A stretch of DNA of 64,000 nucleotides from Thermomicrobiales bacterium (GTDB lineage: Bacteria; Chloroflexota; Chloroflexia; Thermomicrobiales; UBA6265). The DNA lies in the NCBI GenBank assembly GCA_023957115.1, contig JAMLHN010000003.1, positions 927-64,926 on the forward strand. The letters run 5' to 3'. Below, in pieces: positions 45,910 through 55,806 of this stretch (position 1 is the first letter of the stretch; each line of letters begins with the position of its first letter). The notes beneath the pieces were generated by a model. It was given only the letters and a program-made list of their open reading frames with translations, did not search any database and was not told the origin of the DNA. The translations under genes were made by a program, and so were the position numbers.

Positions 45910-47238
45910 TCAGACGCAGGATTCGCCCGCGATCAGCTCGTTGACTCGAGCCGCCGACTCGGTCAGGGCATCTTGCGCCGGTTTCTGTCCGCCGAGCGCG
46001 GCCTGCGACGCTTCGAAGAGCGATTGCTGGGCTTCGATGCCGTTCGCGCCCGGGAAGGTGATCCAGCGGCGCGCGTACGGAACCTGCGAGGTGGCGACCG
46101 CCTGAATGGCGTTCTCGCCGACAAAGGCAGCGAGCTCGGTCCCTTCGGCGGTGGCATCTTCACGCGGTGGCAGATAGCCGGTGCCCTGGATCCAGAGATT
46201 CATCGACTCTGGGGAGTAGAGGTGCTGAATGAAACGCCAGGCGGCTTCCTGCTTGGCTTCGTCCTGCGAAAAGGTGACCAGCGTGTTGCCTCCGGTTGGG
46301 AGGCTCAGCTCGTTGTCGCCGAAGCGTGGGAACTGGGTGGCGCGCAGATCGAACGTTGCCTGCTCCTGCATACCGGCCCGCTGCGCCGGGGTGGTGATGT
46401 AGGCCGCGGTCTCACCCGCCAGGAACGCCGGCTGCGCTTCCGCGGCGAGGACATTCAGCGAATAGTCGTTCGCGCAAAGATCCGCCCACCATTGCAGCGC
46501 CTCGACCGCCAGCGGTTGGTCGAAGACCGCCACGGCACCGTCACCGCAGTGGAGCAACGGCTGCCCGTTGGACTCCATCAGCCCGTCCAGGGTCCAGTTG
46601 TCGTTCAGCAGCTGAATGGTGATGCCGACTTTGCCGTTCGTGTCCTTGATCGCGGCCGAGGCGGCGGTCCAGTCCTCGGTGGTGACCGGTGGAGAAGCCG
46701 GATCGAGCCCGGCTTCGGCCAGCAGATCGGCATTGAAATAGACCATCGGGGCCGAGACTGCGAAGGGGGTGCCCATCATGATGCCGCGGGTGGACGCCAG
46801 CTCGAGGATATTGGGGACGAACCCGTCGATGAATGCCTGAGAATCGTAGGTCTCCACCAGGGTATCGAGCGGGACATACGGCAGGTTGTTGTAGACGTAG
46901 TCCAGGAAGAGATAGCCGATCTGGGCGATGTCGGGAGCGGTGCCGGCAACCAGCGACGCCTGCAGGTTCTCCAGCAGTCCGGTGTAAGAGTTCTGCTGGA
47001 AGAGCTGGGTGACTTTGATGTCCGGATTGGCTGCTTCGAAGTTTGCGACGATTTCGGCCGTCGCCGGTCCGCCGAACGTATCGCTGTTGATATGCCAATA
47101 GGTGATCTCGGTCTGACCTTGCAGCACAGCCGGTACGGCAAACGTACGGGACTGCCTGGCGCCAATGGCGGTCCCAGCGGCCAGCGCGGCCGATCCACTC
47201 AGCATTGCGCGCCGGCTGATCGTTCGATGCTCCTGCAT
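45910..47238 (-). CDS. Carbohydrate ABC transporter substrate-binding protein (family 1 SBP), TAT signal
   Basis: Start at ATG 47238 (MQEHRTISRRAMLSGSAALAAG). Size and composition are typical of CUT1 binding proteins. No cognate ATPase gene is adjacent, which is common for CUT1 systems. Confidence 0.85.
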   Translation of the reverse strand: MQEHRTISRRAMLSGSAALAAGTAIGARQSRTFAVPAVLQGQTEITYWHINSDTFGGPATAEIVANFEAANPDIKVTQLFQQNSYTGLLENLQASLVAGTAPDIAQIGYLFLDYVYNNLPYVPLDTLVETYDSQAFIDGFVPNILELASTRGIMMGTPFAVSAPMVYFNADLLAEAGLDPASPPVTTEDWTAASAAIKDTNGKVGITIQLLNDNWTLDGLMESNGQPLLHCGDGAVAVFDQPLAVEALQWWADLCANDYSLNVLAAEAQPAFLAGETAAYITTPAQRAGMQEQATFDLRATQFPRFGDNELSLPTGGNTLVTFSQDEAKQEAAWRFIQHLYSPESMNLWIQGTGYLPPREDATAEGTELAAFVGENAIQAVATSQVPYARRWITFPGANGIEAQQSLFEASQAALGGQKPAQDALTESAARVNELIAGESCV

Positions 47239-47450
47239 GACTGTCGAATGCTCCTTGTTCTCGACACGACTGGGGCAACCCAAGGTCACCCGCTCGTTGC
47301 GAGTCTAGGAACGGCGCATCGGCAGGTTGTTCACAATTGATTAACTTCTTACGAAGAGATTGTTATCTGTTTCGATGATGGTCGCTGCTCGCGAATGGCA
47401 ACGAGCCGGGCGTCGCAGGACGCCCGGCTCGTTCTGACGACGATTGTGAA

Positions 47451-48374
47451 TTAGGCGAATTCGACCGGGAAGCCGATTGGTGGGTTGGGGAGGTCTTCGC
47501 CGAAGTAGGTCTTGAACGCCGCCTGGTAGATCGGGAAATCCAGCCCGACCATCGCCTGCATGAGCGCGGTGTCGACGAAGTTCAGGAAAACCTGATCGCC
47601 CGGCTTGATGGACGCGGCGTACGACTGGGCATCCCAACCTTCCGGCACCGTCTTGTAGGCATCCGGATCCTGCGCCACCATCCAGCGACCGGTGGACATG
47701 TCGATCGCGGTTGCATCGACACGGCCCGAATCGAGCGCCTCGACCGATGCCGCCACCGAGTCGAATTGTTCCACGTTGGCATCGGGGATTCCGCGCCGGA
47801 CCATGTCCTCGGCGGTGACATTGGCCAGGATGGCGATGGTCAACCCCTGGTCCTGCATCTCGGCGAGCGAATTGAACTCCGAGTCGGAGGGCAGGATCAC
47901 GGTGACCCCCTCACGATAGTAGGGAACCGTGAAGGCGACCTGCAGCGCGCGCGCCGGGGTGACGGTCATGAACTGGAAGTTGATATCGACCTTGTCCGCG
48001 AGCAGGTCGGGGATACGCGCATCGGCCTCGTGCACGACGAAGTCGATATAGTTGCGCGGCTCTTCTCCGTCGAGAATCTGCTGCTGGTCGAGACCGAAAA
48101 TGCCACCCGCAAGCAGCATGGCGAGCGAAATGTCGAATCCGACCAGCTGGCCGTTTTCGTCCTCGAAGTGCCACGGCGGGTTGGTGCTCCCGGTTCCGAC
48201 GACGATCTTGCCCCGGTCGAGAATCCTGCCGAGGAGACTGTCCGACGTCGCATCCTGCGCCATCGCATGCAGGCTCGGCAGCGAAACAGCCGCGGCCGCT
48301 CCACCGATAAGCGCGCCCCGTGAAATCAGACTACGGCGACTTGTCGTCATTCCCTGGATCCGGTTCTCTGGCAT
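47451..48374 (-). CDS. Amino acid ABC transporter substrate-binding protein (family 3 SBP), TAT-like signal
   Basis: Start at ATG 48374, with GGAGG 6 nt upstream. SRRSLISRGALIGGAAAA signal. GTGSTNPPWHFEDENGQLVGFDISL is typical of PBP type 2 family 3. Confidence 0.8.
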   Translation of the reverse strand: MPENRIQGMTTSRRSLISRGALIGGAAAAVSLPSLHAMAQDATSDSLLGRILDRGKIVVGTGSTNPPWHFEDENGQLVGFDISLAMLLAGGIFGLDQQQILDGEEPRNYIDFVVHEADARIPDLLADKVDINFQFMTVTPARALQVAFTVPYYREGVTVILPSDSEFNSLAEMQDQGLTIAILANVTAEDMVRRGIPDANVEQFDSVAASVEALDSGRVDATAIDMSTGRWMVAQDPDAYKTVPEGWDAQSYAASIKPGDQVFLNFVDTALMQAMVGLDFPIYQAAFKTYFGEDLPNPPIGFPVEFA

Positions 48375-48570
48375 CTGTGCCTCCACTCTTTCTATTTGCA
48401 TGACGCCCATGCGCATGCAAAACGATCGGATCGATCAATTCCACCATCGTGTCGGGATCCCCATGCATTCTCGGGCGATCCGATTCGGCTGTCAACGCGG
48501 GCAAGCTACCATGCGAATTGCTTACTATGCCGGAAGCGATGCCGCGATTTGCCTGCGACGAGGTCGACCG

Positions 48571-49734
48571 ATGACAGAGATCTACCAGAAACTTGGCGTT
48601 CAGCCGGTTATCAATTGCGCCACGACGTACACCCGGCTTGGCGGATCGATCATGGCTCCGCACGTGGCGCAGGCAATGGCAGACAGCGCCGGCGTCTTCG
48701 TCAACATCTTCGATTTACAGGAAGCCGTCGGAAAGCGCCTGGCCGAGCTGACCCACAATGAAGCCGCGTATGTCAGTAACGGGGCGGCGGCGGCGCTGAC
48801 ACTAGCGACCGCCGCGGCGGTAACGGGGAACGATGTCGCGCTGATGGCTCGATTCCCGAACCGCCTCGACGGACTCAAGAATCAAGTCGTGGTGCACCGG
48901 TATCAGCGCAACTGGTATGACGTGGCCGTGCGTCTGACCGGGGTCGAGCTGGTCGAGATCGGCCACACGTACGAGACCTACGACTGGGAGCTGGACGACG
49001 CGATCAACGACCGTACGGCGGCCGTCATCTACTTCGCAGGCACACACCTCAACCGGAACACCCTGCCACTCGAATACGTGATCGAGCGCGCGCATGCGCG
49101 GGGGGTTCCCGTCATCGTCGACGCGGCGGCGCAGCTTCCACCCGCATCCAATCTCTGGCATTTCACGCGCGATCTGGGCGCCGATGTGGCGATTTTCAGT
49201 GGTGGCAAATTGTTGCGCGGTCCGCAGAATAGCGGCTTGGCGGTCGGTACGGAGAAGATGATCGAGGCGATGCGGCTCAACGGTCCGCCGGTGCAGCGCA
49301 TCGGCCGGCCGATGAAGGTTTCCAAGGAGGCGATGATTGGATTGCTGGCCGCGGTCGAAACGTACTTGGAAACCGATCACGACGCCGAGGCGTTGAAGTG
49401 GGAGACCGTCGTGGCCAGTTGGCAAACCGCCTGGCAGGAGCTGGCGCCCCGCTGGCTCACGGTCGAACGGTCGGCGACAGGAGAAGCCGGCGAGCCGATT
49501 CCGCGTATTTTGATGCGCGTTTCGCCCGACGCTCCGCTTTCCCGGGACGATCTGATCGAAGGCCTGCACGCTGGAAACCCACCTATCGAGGTCGTCGTCG
49601 AAAACCAAACGACGATCGCATTCAGCCCGCACCTGTTGCAGCCTGGGGAAGCCGAGATCGTCGAACGACGCGTTTCAGAGTTGATTGCAAGCCATCTGCT
49701 TGCGCAGCCATCCGGAGCGATTGCCGGGGACTAG
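48571..49734 (+). CDS. SelA-like/DgaE-like PLP-dependent enzyme (fold type I)
   Basis: I trimmed the track ORF to ATG 48571 (MTEIYQKLGVQPVINCATTYTRLGGS...). Collinear with D-glucosaminate-6-phosphate ammonia-lyase-like proteins, including VIVDAAAQ and FSGGKLLRGPQ (candidate PLP lysine). Confidence 0.65.
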   Translation: MTEIYQKLGVQPVINCATTYTRLGGSIMAPHVAQAMADSAGVFVNIFDLQEAVGKRLAELTHNEAAYVSNGAAAALTLATAAAVTGNDVALMARFPNRLDGLKNQVVVHRYQRNWYDVAVRLTGVELVEIGHTYETYDWELDDAINDRTAAVIYFAGTHLNRNTLPLEYVIERAHARGVPVIVDAAAQLPPASNLWHFTRDLGADVAIFSGGKLLRGPQNSGLAVGTEKMIEAMRLNGPPVQRIGRPMKVSKEAMIGLLAAVETYLETDHDAEALKWETVVASWQTAWQELAPRWLTVERSATGEAGEPIPRILMRVSPDAPLSRDDLIEGLHAGNPPIEVVVENQTTIAFSPHLLQPGEAEIVERRVSELIASHLLAQPSGAIAGD

Positions 49735-49840
49735 GCTTTGGAGCGCAAATCTGCTACGATGTGAACGTACGCCCCGATGCCGGTACCCTCCCGCCAACCG
49801 AAGAAAGTTCGAACTCGTCTGCAGGCGCGGAGGATTGACT

Positions 49841-50419
49841 ATGCGTAATCGTCTCTTGGGAATCGTGGCCGTTCTGGTTGCGGTGTTTGGGCTGGTTGGG
49901 TACACCCTTGGTGGACCGAATGCGTTGGCCCAGTCTGGAACGCCTGAACCAGCGACCGAAACCACCGCGGCAACGCCACTGGCCGAGACCGAAGCGACTC
50001 CCGTTGCCCAGCCGGTTCGCGTGGTGACTCTCGTCGGCTGGTATCAGAACGACGAAACCGGCAGCATCATCGAGATTGGACCCCTGCAGACCACCGACCA
50101 ACTGGTTGCCGGTCCTGGCGACCCGACCAGTACGGTGACCGGGACCGCGGACCTCGAAAGTGTCGATCACGACGGACTGCCCTACATCGTCCTGGGCGAT
50201 ACGATCCTCGAAGGAACGCCGATGTTCGAAGGCGATTTCGACTCCGTCTTCAACTGGATCTACTACCAGGGCGACCCCGCGCTTCGCCCGGCGACCCTGG
50301 TGATCCCGGTTATCGCGACGGCCGGACCGTACGAGGGCCGTTCCGGTACCGTGACCTTCCTCTCGCGGAGCACGCCGGGAAGCGGCATCTTCGTCGCGAT
50401 GCTGAACCCGAACGAGTAG
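49841..50419 (+). CDS. Hypothetical secreted protein (192 aa)
   Basis: ATG 49841, with GGAGG upstream. Signal-anchor MRNRLLGIVAVLVAVFGLVGY followed by a Thr/Glu/Pro linker. No family recognised. Confidence 0.5.
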   Translation: MRNRLLGIVAVLVAVFGLVGYTLGGPNALAQSGTPEPATETTAATPLAETEATPVAQPVRVVTLVGWYQNDETGSIIEIGPLQTTDQLVAGPGDPTSTVTGTADLESVDHDGLPYIVLGDTILEGTPMFEGDFDSVFNWIYYQGDPALRPATLVIPVIATAGPYEGRSGTVTFLSRSTPGSGIFVAMLNPNE

Positions 50420-50760
50420 TACGGAATTCGTCTGAACCCGATGGGACGTGGTGACCGTGCCTCGCCACGTTCCCAACGTTGAAACGCTGGGCTAAAACTC
50501 CTTCGTCATCACCGGGATTCCGGACAATTCCGAAGACAGAACTGAAAAGATCATGAACCAGGGGCGGTCGATACCGCCCCTGGTGCTTCTTGCCAATACC
50601 GATCCGGTTACCGGCTCGGTTTGTCGTCGCGATAGCTCACGGGCGCTGGACATCACGCCGGTCGCCGCTCGCGTCGCTGCCCGCTCGCAAGACAGAGACG
50701 TTAAAGCGGATCACAGAATGGTTGGCACGTTGTTGGTGGCGTGTGGCGTCGGAACGCCCG

Positions 50761-50803
50761 CTGCGGCGGGGAGATTCTTCCTTCGTCAGAATGACAACCG
50801 GGG
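50761..50803 (-). repeat. Dispersed motif of about 40 nt, copy 2 (inverted relative to 26704-26745)
   Basis: The reverse complement reads ccccggttgtcattctgacgaaggaagaatctccccgccgcag. Confidence 0.8.
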
Positions 50804-50902
50804 TTTCGGCGCGTCAACTATTCTGAAATCGGCTGTAAGCTCCCAAGGCGTGTTCGAGACTTCGAAGACCTGCCTCCGCAATCAGCCCCACCCAGATCGT
50901 CT

Positions 50903-50947
50903 CAAGACCCAGGGCTCAGGACGCAGGGCCGTTTCGAACACGCCCTA
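50903..50947 (-). repeat. 45-nt stop-codon-abutting motif (copy 2)
   Basis: caagacccagggctcaggacgcagggccgtttcgaacacgcccta. The terminal cta (50945-50947) is the TAG stop of the 50945..51865 gene. Confidence 0.85.
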
Positions 50948-51865
50948 CCTTCCCACCGGCACCGGCGACATGACCGCATCCGGATAGAGCCGCTTGAGCA
51001 TGTCGTACCCGATCCGGGCGCGGCGTAGGCGTTCGCGGGTGAGCGCAATTGCGGTGCTTTCCAGATGGGTGCCCGCTGGATAGATGTTGGGGGCGTTGCG
51101 CAGGCCAAATTTGAGATAGACCGGAGCGCAGACCCGCACTAGCTCGCCGATCTCGTAGTGCCGAATGAATCCGCCGATGTCGTCCGGAACCTCGACATAG
51201 ATATCGAGCGGCATGGTGGTCGCCGCGCGGATCGCCGCCAGCTGAGCCAATGAGAGATCGGTCGGCGTATTGAAGGTGGTCAGACCGAGATCTTGCAGCA
51301 GCCGAACCGAGACTGGATTCGCCGCGCCGAGCATGACCGATCCCTTGAGGATCAAGTCCTGAGGCAATTCACCCGCTTCCTTCATCTTGCCCAGAACGAG
51401 CAGGAGTCCCTCATCGGTCACGAGCACGCTGTTGATGCCATGCTCGAGTGCGCGCTTGACGTCCTCGACCGCGTGGACGAGCTGATCCATGCCACGCGCC
51501 TTCGGCCCGACGATCTTGCCGGCGCTGGAATAGGCCATGGCGCCGGTGTCCCAGCCGGCCCGTGGACCGACGAAGAGGCTTATCTCGATACCGCGCTGGC
51601 GGCCCAGACCGGCCATCTCGTCGAGCTCATCGTCGGTCAGCAACATGACGCCGCTTCCCTGACTGACCCGGTGCAGGGGGACGCCAAACTCGTCAGCCGA
51701 TGCATAGACCGTGCGCAGTGCATTGGGCCCTTCGACCGACGGGATCTCGATACGCCATTGCCCGCCGTCCGGAAAACGTTGATCCGACGATGGCAGATCG
51801 CGCAGATCCCGATCCGGCAGCCCAATGCTGCGGAGAAACGCCTGGGTTCCTTGAATTCCGTTCAC
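50945..51865 (-). CDS. Conserved hypothetical protein (306 aa), last gene of the KAS/NMO operon
   Basis: I trimmed the track ORF to GTG 51865 (VNGIQGTQAFLRSIG...), with GAGGGA 6-7 nt upstream. Composition is coding-like throughout. I do not recognise the family. Confidence 0.5.
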   Translation of the reverse strand: MNGIQGTQAFLRSIGLPDRDLRDLPSSDQRFPDGGQWRIEIPSVEGPNALRTVYASADEFGVPLHRVSQGSGVMLLTDDELDEMAGLGRQRGIEISLFVGPRAGWDTGAMAYSSAGKIVGPKARGMDQLVHAVEDVKRALEHGINSVLVTDEGLLLVLGKMKEAGELPQDLILKGSVMLGAANPVSVRLLQDLGLTTFNTPTDLSLAQLAAIRAATTMPLDIYVEVPDDIGGFIRHYEIGELVRVCAPVYLKFGLRNAPNIYPAGTHLESTAIALTRERLRRARIGYDMLKRLYPDAVMSPVPVGR

Positions 51866-51981
51866 GCGTACTCCCTCGTTGTCATCCGAAACGCCGCCCT
51901 GGCGCTCATCGTGCCCAAAGATTAGCGGGAGATGCGGAGTGCGTGGGGCTGGCATCCCGGCATCATTGCATGGATTCCGTA

Positions 51982-52986
51982 TCAGCCGTGGGAACCGAGA
52001 CGGTCGAGGCTCTCGGTAGCTTGCTGGGCGACCGATTGCACCACCGCCGCGGCTGGAAGAACCTCGTGCATCACGCCCACGCTCTGACCGGCATAGAGCA
52101 CCATGCTTTCCAGATCGCCAGTCGTGCGGGCGCCGGGAAAATCGTCGTGGTACCGCATGATTGGGGCGCCTTTGCTGGTGTGCCCCAGGACATCGCCTTC
52201 GCCGGGCCCGCGACCCGGTTCCGGCCGCCCGGCCTCTTCCCAGAGCTGAAGTGATCGGTTGTGCAGGGTGCGCAGGGGGGTATTCGGCGGCCAACCGCCG
52301 CGGAAGAGCGTGGTGTGGATCGTATCCCCGGCGCCGGCCTCGACCATCCATCCTTGGTACTCGGGGTGCGCGTCGGCTTCCTCGGTCAGCAGGAACCGGG
52401 TGCCCATCCAGACCCCCGAGGCGCCCAGACAGAGCGCGGCGGCCAGCCCACGACCGTCGCCGATTCCTCCAGCAGCCAGCACCGGGGTCGGGCCAACCGC
52501 GTCGACGACTTCGGGAAGGATTGCCATGATGCTGGTCTGCCCTTCGACATGGCCGGATGCCTCGTACCCTTGCACCACAATGGCATCTGCGCCGGCGTGC
52601 TTTGCGCCGATGGCCCCCGCAGTCGATCCCACCATGTGCACCAGCAGCGCACCGGCAGCGTGGATCTGCTCGACCCAGGGCCCGGGATCGCCCCAGGAGA
52701 GCGAGATGATCGGGACTCCTTCTTCCAGGGCAATGGCCAGCCGCTCGACCGGATCCCAGTGCAGCACGAGATTGATACCAAAGGGACGATCGGTGAGCTC
52801 CCTGGTCTGCCGAATGACCTCACGTGCTTCTGAGGGCGACCGCCAGGTGAGTGACAGCATGCCAAGCGCGCCGGCATTGCTGACGGCGGCGGCCAGCTGT
52901 GGGGTGGTGGCCGATCCGATTGGAGCCTGAACGATGGGGAGGTCGATATTGGCCAAGCTGGTGAAATCAGTGGCGAGCGATGTCAT
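51982..52986 (-). CDS. Nitronate monooxygenase family FMN oxidoreductase (NMO/2-nitropropane dioxygenase; FabK-like fold)
   Basis: Start at ATG 52986 (MTSLATDFTSLANIDLPIVQAPIGS). IVVQGYEASGHVEG and AAGGIGDGRG blocks are typical of the NMO/FabK family. Confidence 0.85.
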   Translation of the reverse strand: MTSLATDFTSLANIDLPIVQAPIGSATTPQLAAAVSNAGALGMLSLTWRSPSEAREVIRQTRELTDRPFGINLVLHWDPVERLAIALEEGVPIISLSWGDPGPWVEQIHAAGALLVHMVGSTAGAIGAKHAGADAIVVQGYEASGHVEGQTSIMAILPEVVDAVGPTPVLAAGGIGDGRGLAAALCLGASGVWMGTRFLLTEEADAHPEYQGWMVEAGAGDTIHTTLFRGGWPPNTPLRTLHNRSLQLWEEAGRPEPGRGPGEGDVLGHTSKGAPIMRYHDDFPGARTTGDLESMVLYAGQSVGVMHEVLPAAAVVQSVAQQATESLDRLGSHG

Positions 52987-53404
52987 GACGGTGATTTCCT
53001 CGATGATCGTGATCGAGCAGCCAGCGGATGCGCGAAAACGAAAGAACGTAATTGAGGGCGGCGAAGGTCCAGAGCGTTTCGGCAGCCCAGCGGCTACCCG
53101 TAACCCAAAGTCCATATCCGGCCAGCAGAAAAAGCCCGATCTCGAGGATCAGGCGCACCGGTCCCGACGTTGGGATGACACCCGGTTTGGCTGCTGGTGG
53201 CATACCGGGGGTGCGAAAAAGGCCCCATATGAGCATAGCGCCAAGTGCAAAAACGATAGCGAATATCCAGCGCGTGACGCCGTCACCCACCTGCCAGCCG
53301 ATAATCGCAAACGACGCCCACATCGCCAGCTCCAGCAGGAACATGACGACATCCGGGAAACGAATCGGTTGTCGGGTCGTGTCTTCGTCGGGATTGGTGC
53401 TCAA
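52967..53404 (-). CDS. DUF2568 (YrdB-like) small membrane protein
   Basis: FLLELAMWASFAIIGW...IFAIVFALGAMLIWGLF..P......RLILEIGLFLLAGYGLW fits the four-TM DUF2568 pattern. Confidence 0.6.
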   Translation of the reverse strand: MSTNPDEDTTRQPIRFPDVVMFLLELAMWASFAIIGWQVGDGVTRWIFAIVFALGAMLIWGLFRTPGMPPAAKPGVIPTSGPVRLILEIGLFLLAGYGLWVTGSRWAAETLWTFAALNYVLSFSRIRWLLDHDHRGNHRHDIARH

Positions 53405-53871
53405 AGCGTCTTGGCGGCGAGCCCGGCGGTGACGATGTCGGCGAGATGGTCGGAGACGTGGTTGCCGAAGACCGTCACGATCTTTTCGAGCGTCTGCGTC
53501 CCTGCCTCTGGATGCTGGACCGTCTGCTGCCAGGCATCGCCGGGCAGATTGCGGAGAACGGAGAGATTGACCGAACGGAGCGCGGCCAGCGCATCGAGCT
53601 GCAGATCGTCGGGTACCTTGTCGTACGAGATCCTGGCTTCATAGAGATCTGGATCGAAGGGGGCAAGCTGGCCGCCTGGATTGGCGATCGCAACGCGCAT
53701 GCGGGCCGAGAAGATCAGCTCCGTTTCCAGCAGGTGCTTCAGAATTTGCCGCGCGCTCCAACCCCCGTCGATCGGCTCGTCTCGCCGCGCGGCCGGAATC
53801 TGACGATAGACCATGACGAATTCGGTCATGGCATTGGTCCATTCGGCCAGCTGCGCGCCATGACTGCTCAT
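53401..53871 (-). CDS. DinB-family protein (DinB_2)
   Basis: WSARQILKHLLETELIFSARMR and FGNHVSDHLADI His-containing helices. ATGA overlaps with both neighbouring genes. Confidence 0.65.
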   Translation of the reverse strand: MSSHGAQLAEWTNAMTEFVMVYRQIPAARRDEPIDGGWSARQILKHLLETELIFSARMRVAIANPGGQLAPFDPDLYEARISYDKVPDDLQLDALAALRSVNLSVLRNLPGDAWQQTVQHPEAGTQTLEKIVTVFGNHVSDHLADIVTAGLAAKTL

Positions 53872-55277
53872 TCGAGATCCTCGCTTGTCTGTTGTGCGAA
53901 TTCCTCGGGAGCACGCTTGATGATCAATGCGGCGTTCTGACCTCCAAGTCCGAATCCATGCTTGGCCATATGGTCGAATGCATGTGGGCGCGGCTCGCCA
54001 TGGACCACATCGAGGGCGATGTCGGGGTCGGGATTCTTGTAATTGGCGGTTGGTGGGATGACCTGCTCGGCCATCGAGAGGACGCCCATGGCGGTTTCGA
54101 TGGCGCCGGCTCCGCCCATACAGTGTCCAATGTTCCCTTTGACCGACATGACGGGGATGGACGACGTGCGCTCCCCATAGATCTGATGAATCGCTCGCGC
54201 TTCGGCCACGTCCCCGGCTGGAGTCGAGGCTGCATGAGCCTGAATGTGACCGATCTGATCCGGGTTAACCCCGGCATCGGCCAGGGCGCCCGCAATGGCA
54301 CGGGCGGCCCCGGTGCCATCGGGCTGCGGGGCAATTGGATGGTAGGCGTCATTGCTGGAGGCGAATCCCACGATCTCGGCAAAGACGCGGGCGCCCCGTG
54401 CCATGGCGAAGTCGTAATCTTCGAGCACCAGTGCTCCGGCGCCTTCGCCCAGGGCGAACCCGGCGCGCGTGGCATCGAAGGGACGCAACGCGGACTCGGG
54501 ATGTTCGTTGGAGTCGGTCACCAGGGCGCGCATGGCCGAGAAGCCCGCGACCCCCATTGGGTGGACGGTCGATTCCGTCGCCCCTGCCACCATCAGTGGG
54601 GCGATGCCAGCCTGGATGACGTGGAAGGCCTCACCGATTGCCTGGGTTCCGGTCGCGCACGCCGTCGAGACGGTGTTGCTGGGACCGCCCATTCCGAACC
54701 GCCATTGCACGGTGTAGGACGCCATGTTGAGCGGAAACTTCACATGGAGATGGGGCGAGAGCCGGTCATGTCCTCGCGTATTGAAGGTGTCGTAGGCGGG
54801 GAGGAGATCATCGTAGCTTCCGCCGACGCAGGTGCCGATGACCGATCCACCTGGGAGGAGATCCATCAGTGGCGTCCCCTCGGCATCGATCAGCCCAGCC
54901 GAGATCATCGCGGCGCCGGTCGCCTCCAGCAGCCAGAGACTGAACTGCGAGGTGTTGCGGGCCGTTTTCGGATCCAGGAATCGGTTCGGGAGGTTGTCCA
55001 TGTCCAGATCGCCACGGACCTGGCAGGCGTAGTTGCCGTCCTGGAGATAGGGAATGCGCTTGATGCCGCTCTTCCCATCGAGGATATTGCCCCACGCTTC
55101 TTTGGCGGTCAGGCCGACGGCGCAAACCGCACCCACTCCGGTGACCACCACCCGCCGGCGGGTGCGCGGGCGTTGTCCGCGGAGCCCGCTGCCACAGGCG
55201 CTGCAGAACTGCTGCGTCTCGGAAACCGAGACGCCACAGATTGGACACGAAGTCGACGAAGAGGCAGCGAGGGTCAT
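53868..55277 (-). CDS. Beta-ketoacyl synthase (KAS I/II-type, Cys-His-His) with an N-terminal zinc-ribbon extension
   Basis: ATG 55277, with AGGAA upstream. N-terminus MTLAASSSTSCPICGVSVSETQQFCSACGSGL (CxxC...CxxC), then RRVVVTGVGAVCAVG. Active-site contexts STACATG, AHAASTPAGD and GNIGHCMGGAG. Confidence 0.85.
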   Translation of the reverse strand: MTLAASSSTSCPICGVSVSETQQFCSACGSGLRGQRPRTRRRVVVTGVGAVCAVGLTAKEAWGNILDGKSGIKRIPYLQDGNYACQVRGDLDMDNLPNRFLDPKTARNTSQFSLWLLEATGAAMISAGLIDAEGTPLMDLLPGGSVIGTCVGGSYDDLLPAYDTFNTRGHDRLSPHLHVKFPLNMASYTVQWRFGMGGPSNTVSTACATGTQAIGEAFHVIQAGIAPLMVAGATESTVHPMGVAGFSAMRALVTDSNEHPESALRPFDATRAGFALGEGAGALVLEDYDFAMARGARVFAEIVGFASSNDAYHPIAPQPDGTGAARAIAGALADAGVNPDQIGHIQAHAASTPAGDVAEARAIHQIYGERTSSIPVMSVKGNIGHCMGGAGAIETAMGVLSMAEQVIPPTANYKNPDPDIALDVVHGEPRPHAFDHMAKHGFGLGGQNAALIIKRAPEEFAQQTSEDLE

Positions 55278-55806
55278 GCAGAGTTCCTGAACGATGCGCG
55301 GACACGAGACGATAAATGGCCAAAGCCGCCGGTGAGCGAGTGTAGATCGAAGACCGGCATTGAAAAATCCAGCCAAGTATAGCGGTCTGCTCTGAACGGA
55401 CGAGCGCCCGGCGCGGCTATCAGCCTGCGAAACCGGGCGCTCGATCGTGTCATGTTCGCTGCCGAGGAGTTCGACTCATGGTCGCGAACAGAGATTGCCA
55501 TGAGACGGTGGGGTTTTCTGGACGGGTTGCCCCGGTTCGAAGACCGGTCAACCGTACTGGGGAGTGTAAGAGGATGTTAGAAGTCGATCGGGTGGCTACG
55601 CCCGGTCGTCGACATGCCTCCTGGTGCTCAATTGGGTTCCCCCTTTCGTTGCAAGCACCCTGGTTGACCCCGAGTTTCCCCGGGTGCCCGGCAAGATGAA
55701 CGACGCATCGCTGCAACTGAAATTGCGCCGTTCACTCCAGTAAACGCGGGAGCCTGGAAAAAGGTTTCATGGCGTACGTACGGCTGGGGCGGAACGAGTA
55801 GGCGGG

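Noticed and set aside
40713-48374. An apparently split amino-acid ABC system (ATPase plus two permeases at 40713-42873, binding protein at 47451-48374), and a CUT1 sugar system lacking an ATPase
   Set aside because: The binding protein may belong to a different system, and CUT1 operons commonly rely on a shared MsiK-type ATPase encoded elsewhere. Neither arrangement is anomalous enough to report as a finding.
51966-51979. 14-nt identity (ggattccgtatcag) at the stop codons of the NMO gene (51966) and the small ORF (55982)
   Set aside because: A single 14-mer match is expected by chance several times in 64 kb when both strands are considered, and the flanks show no extended similarity.
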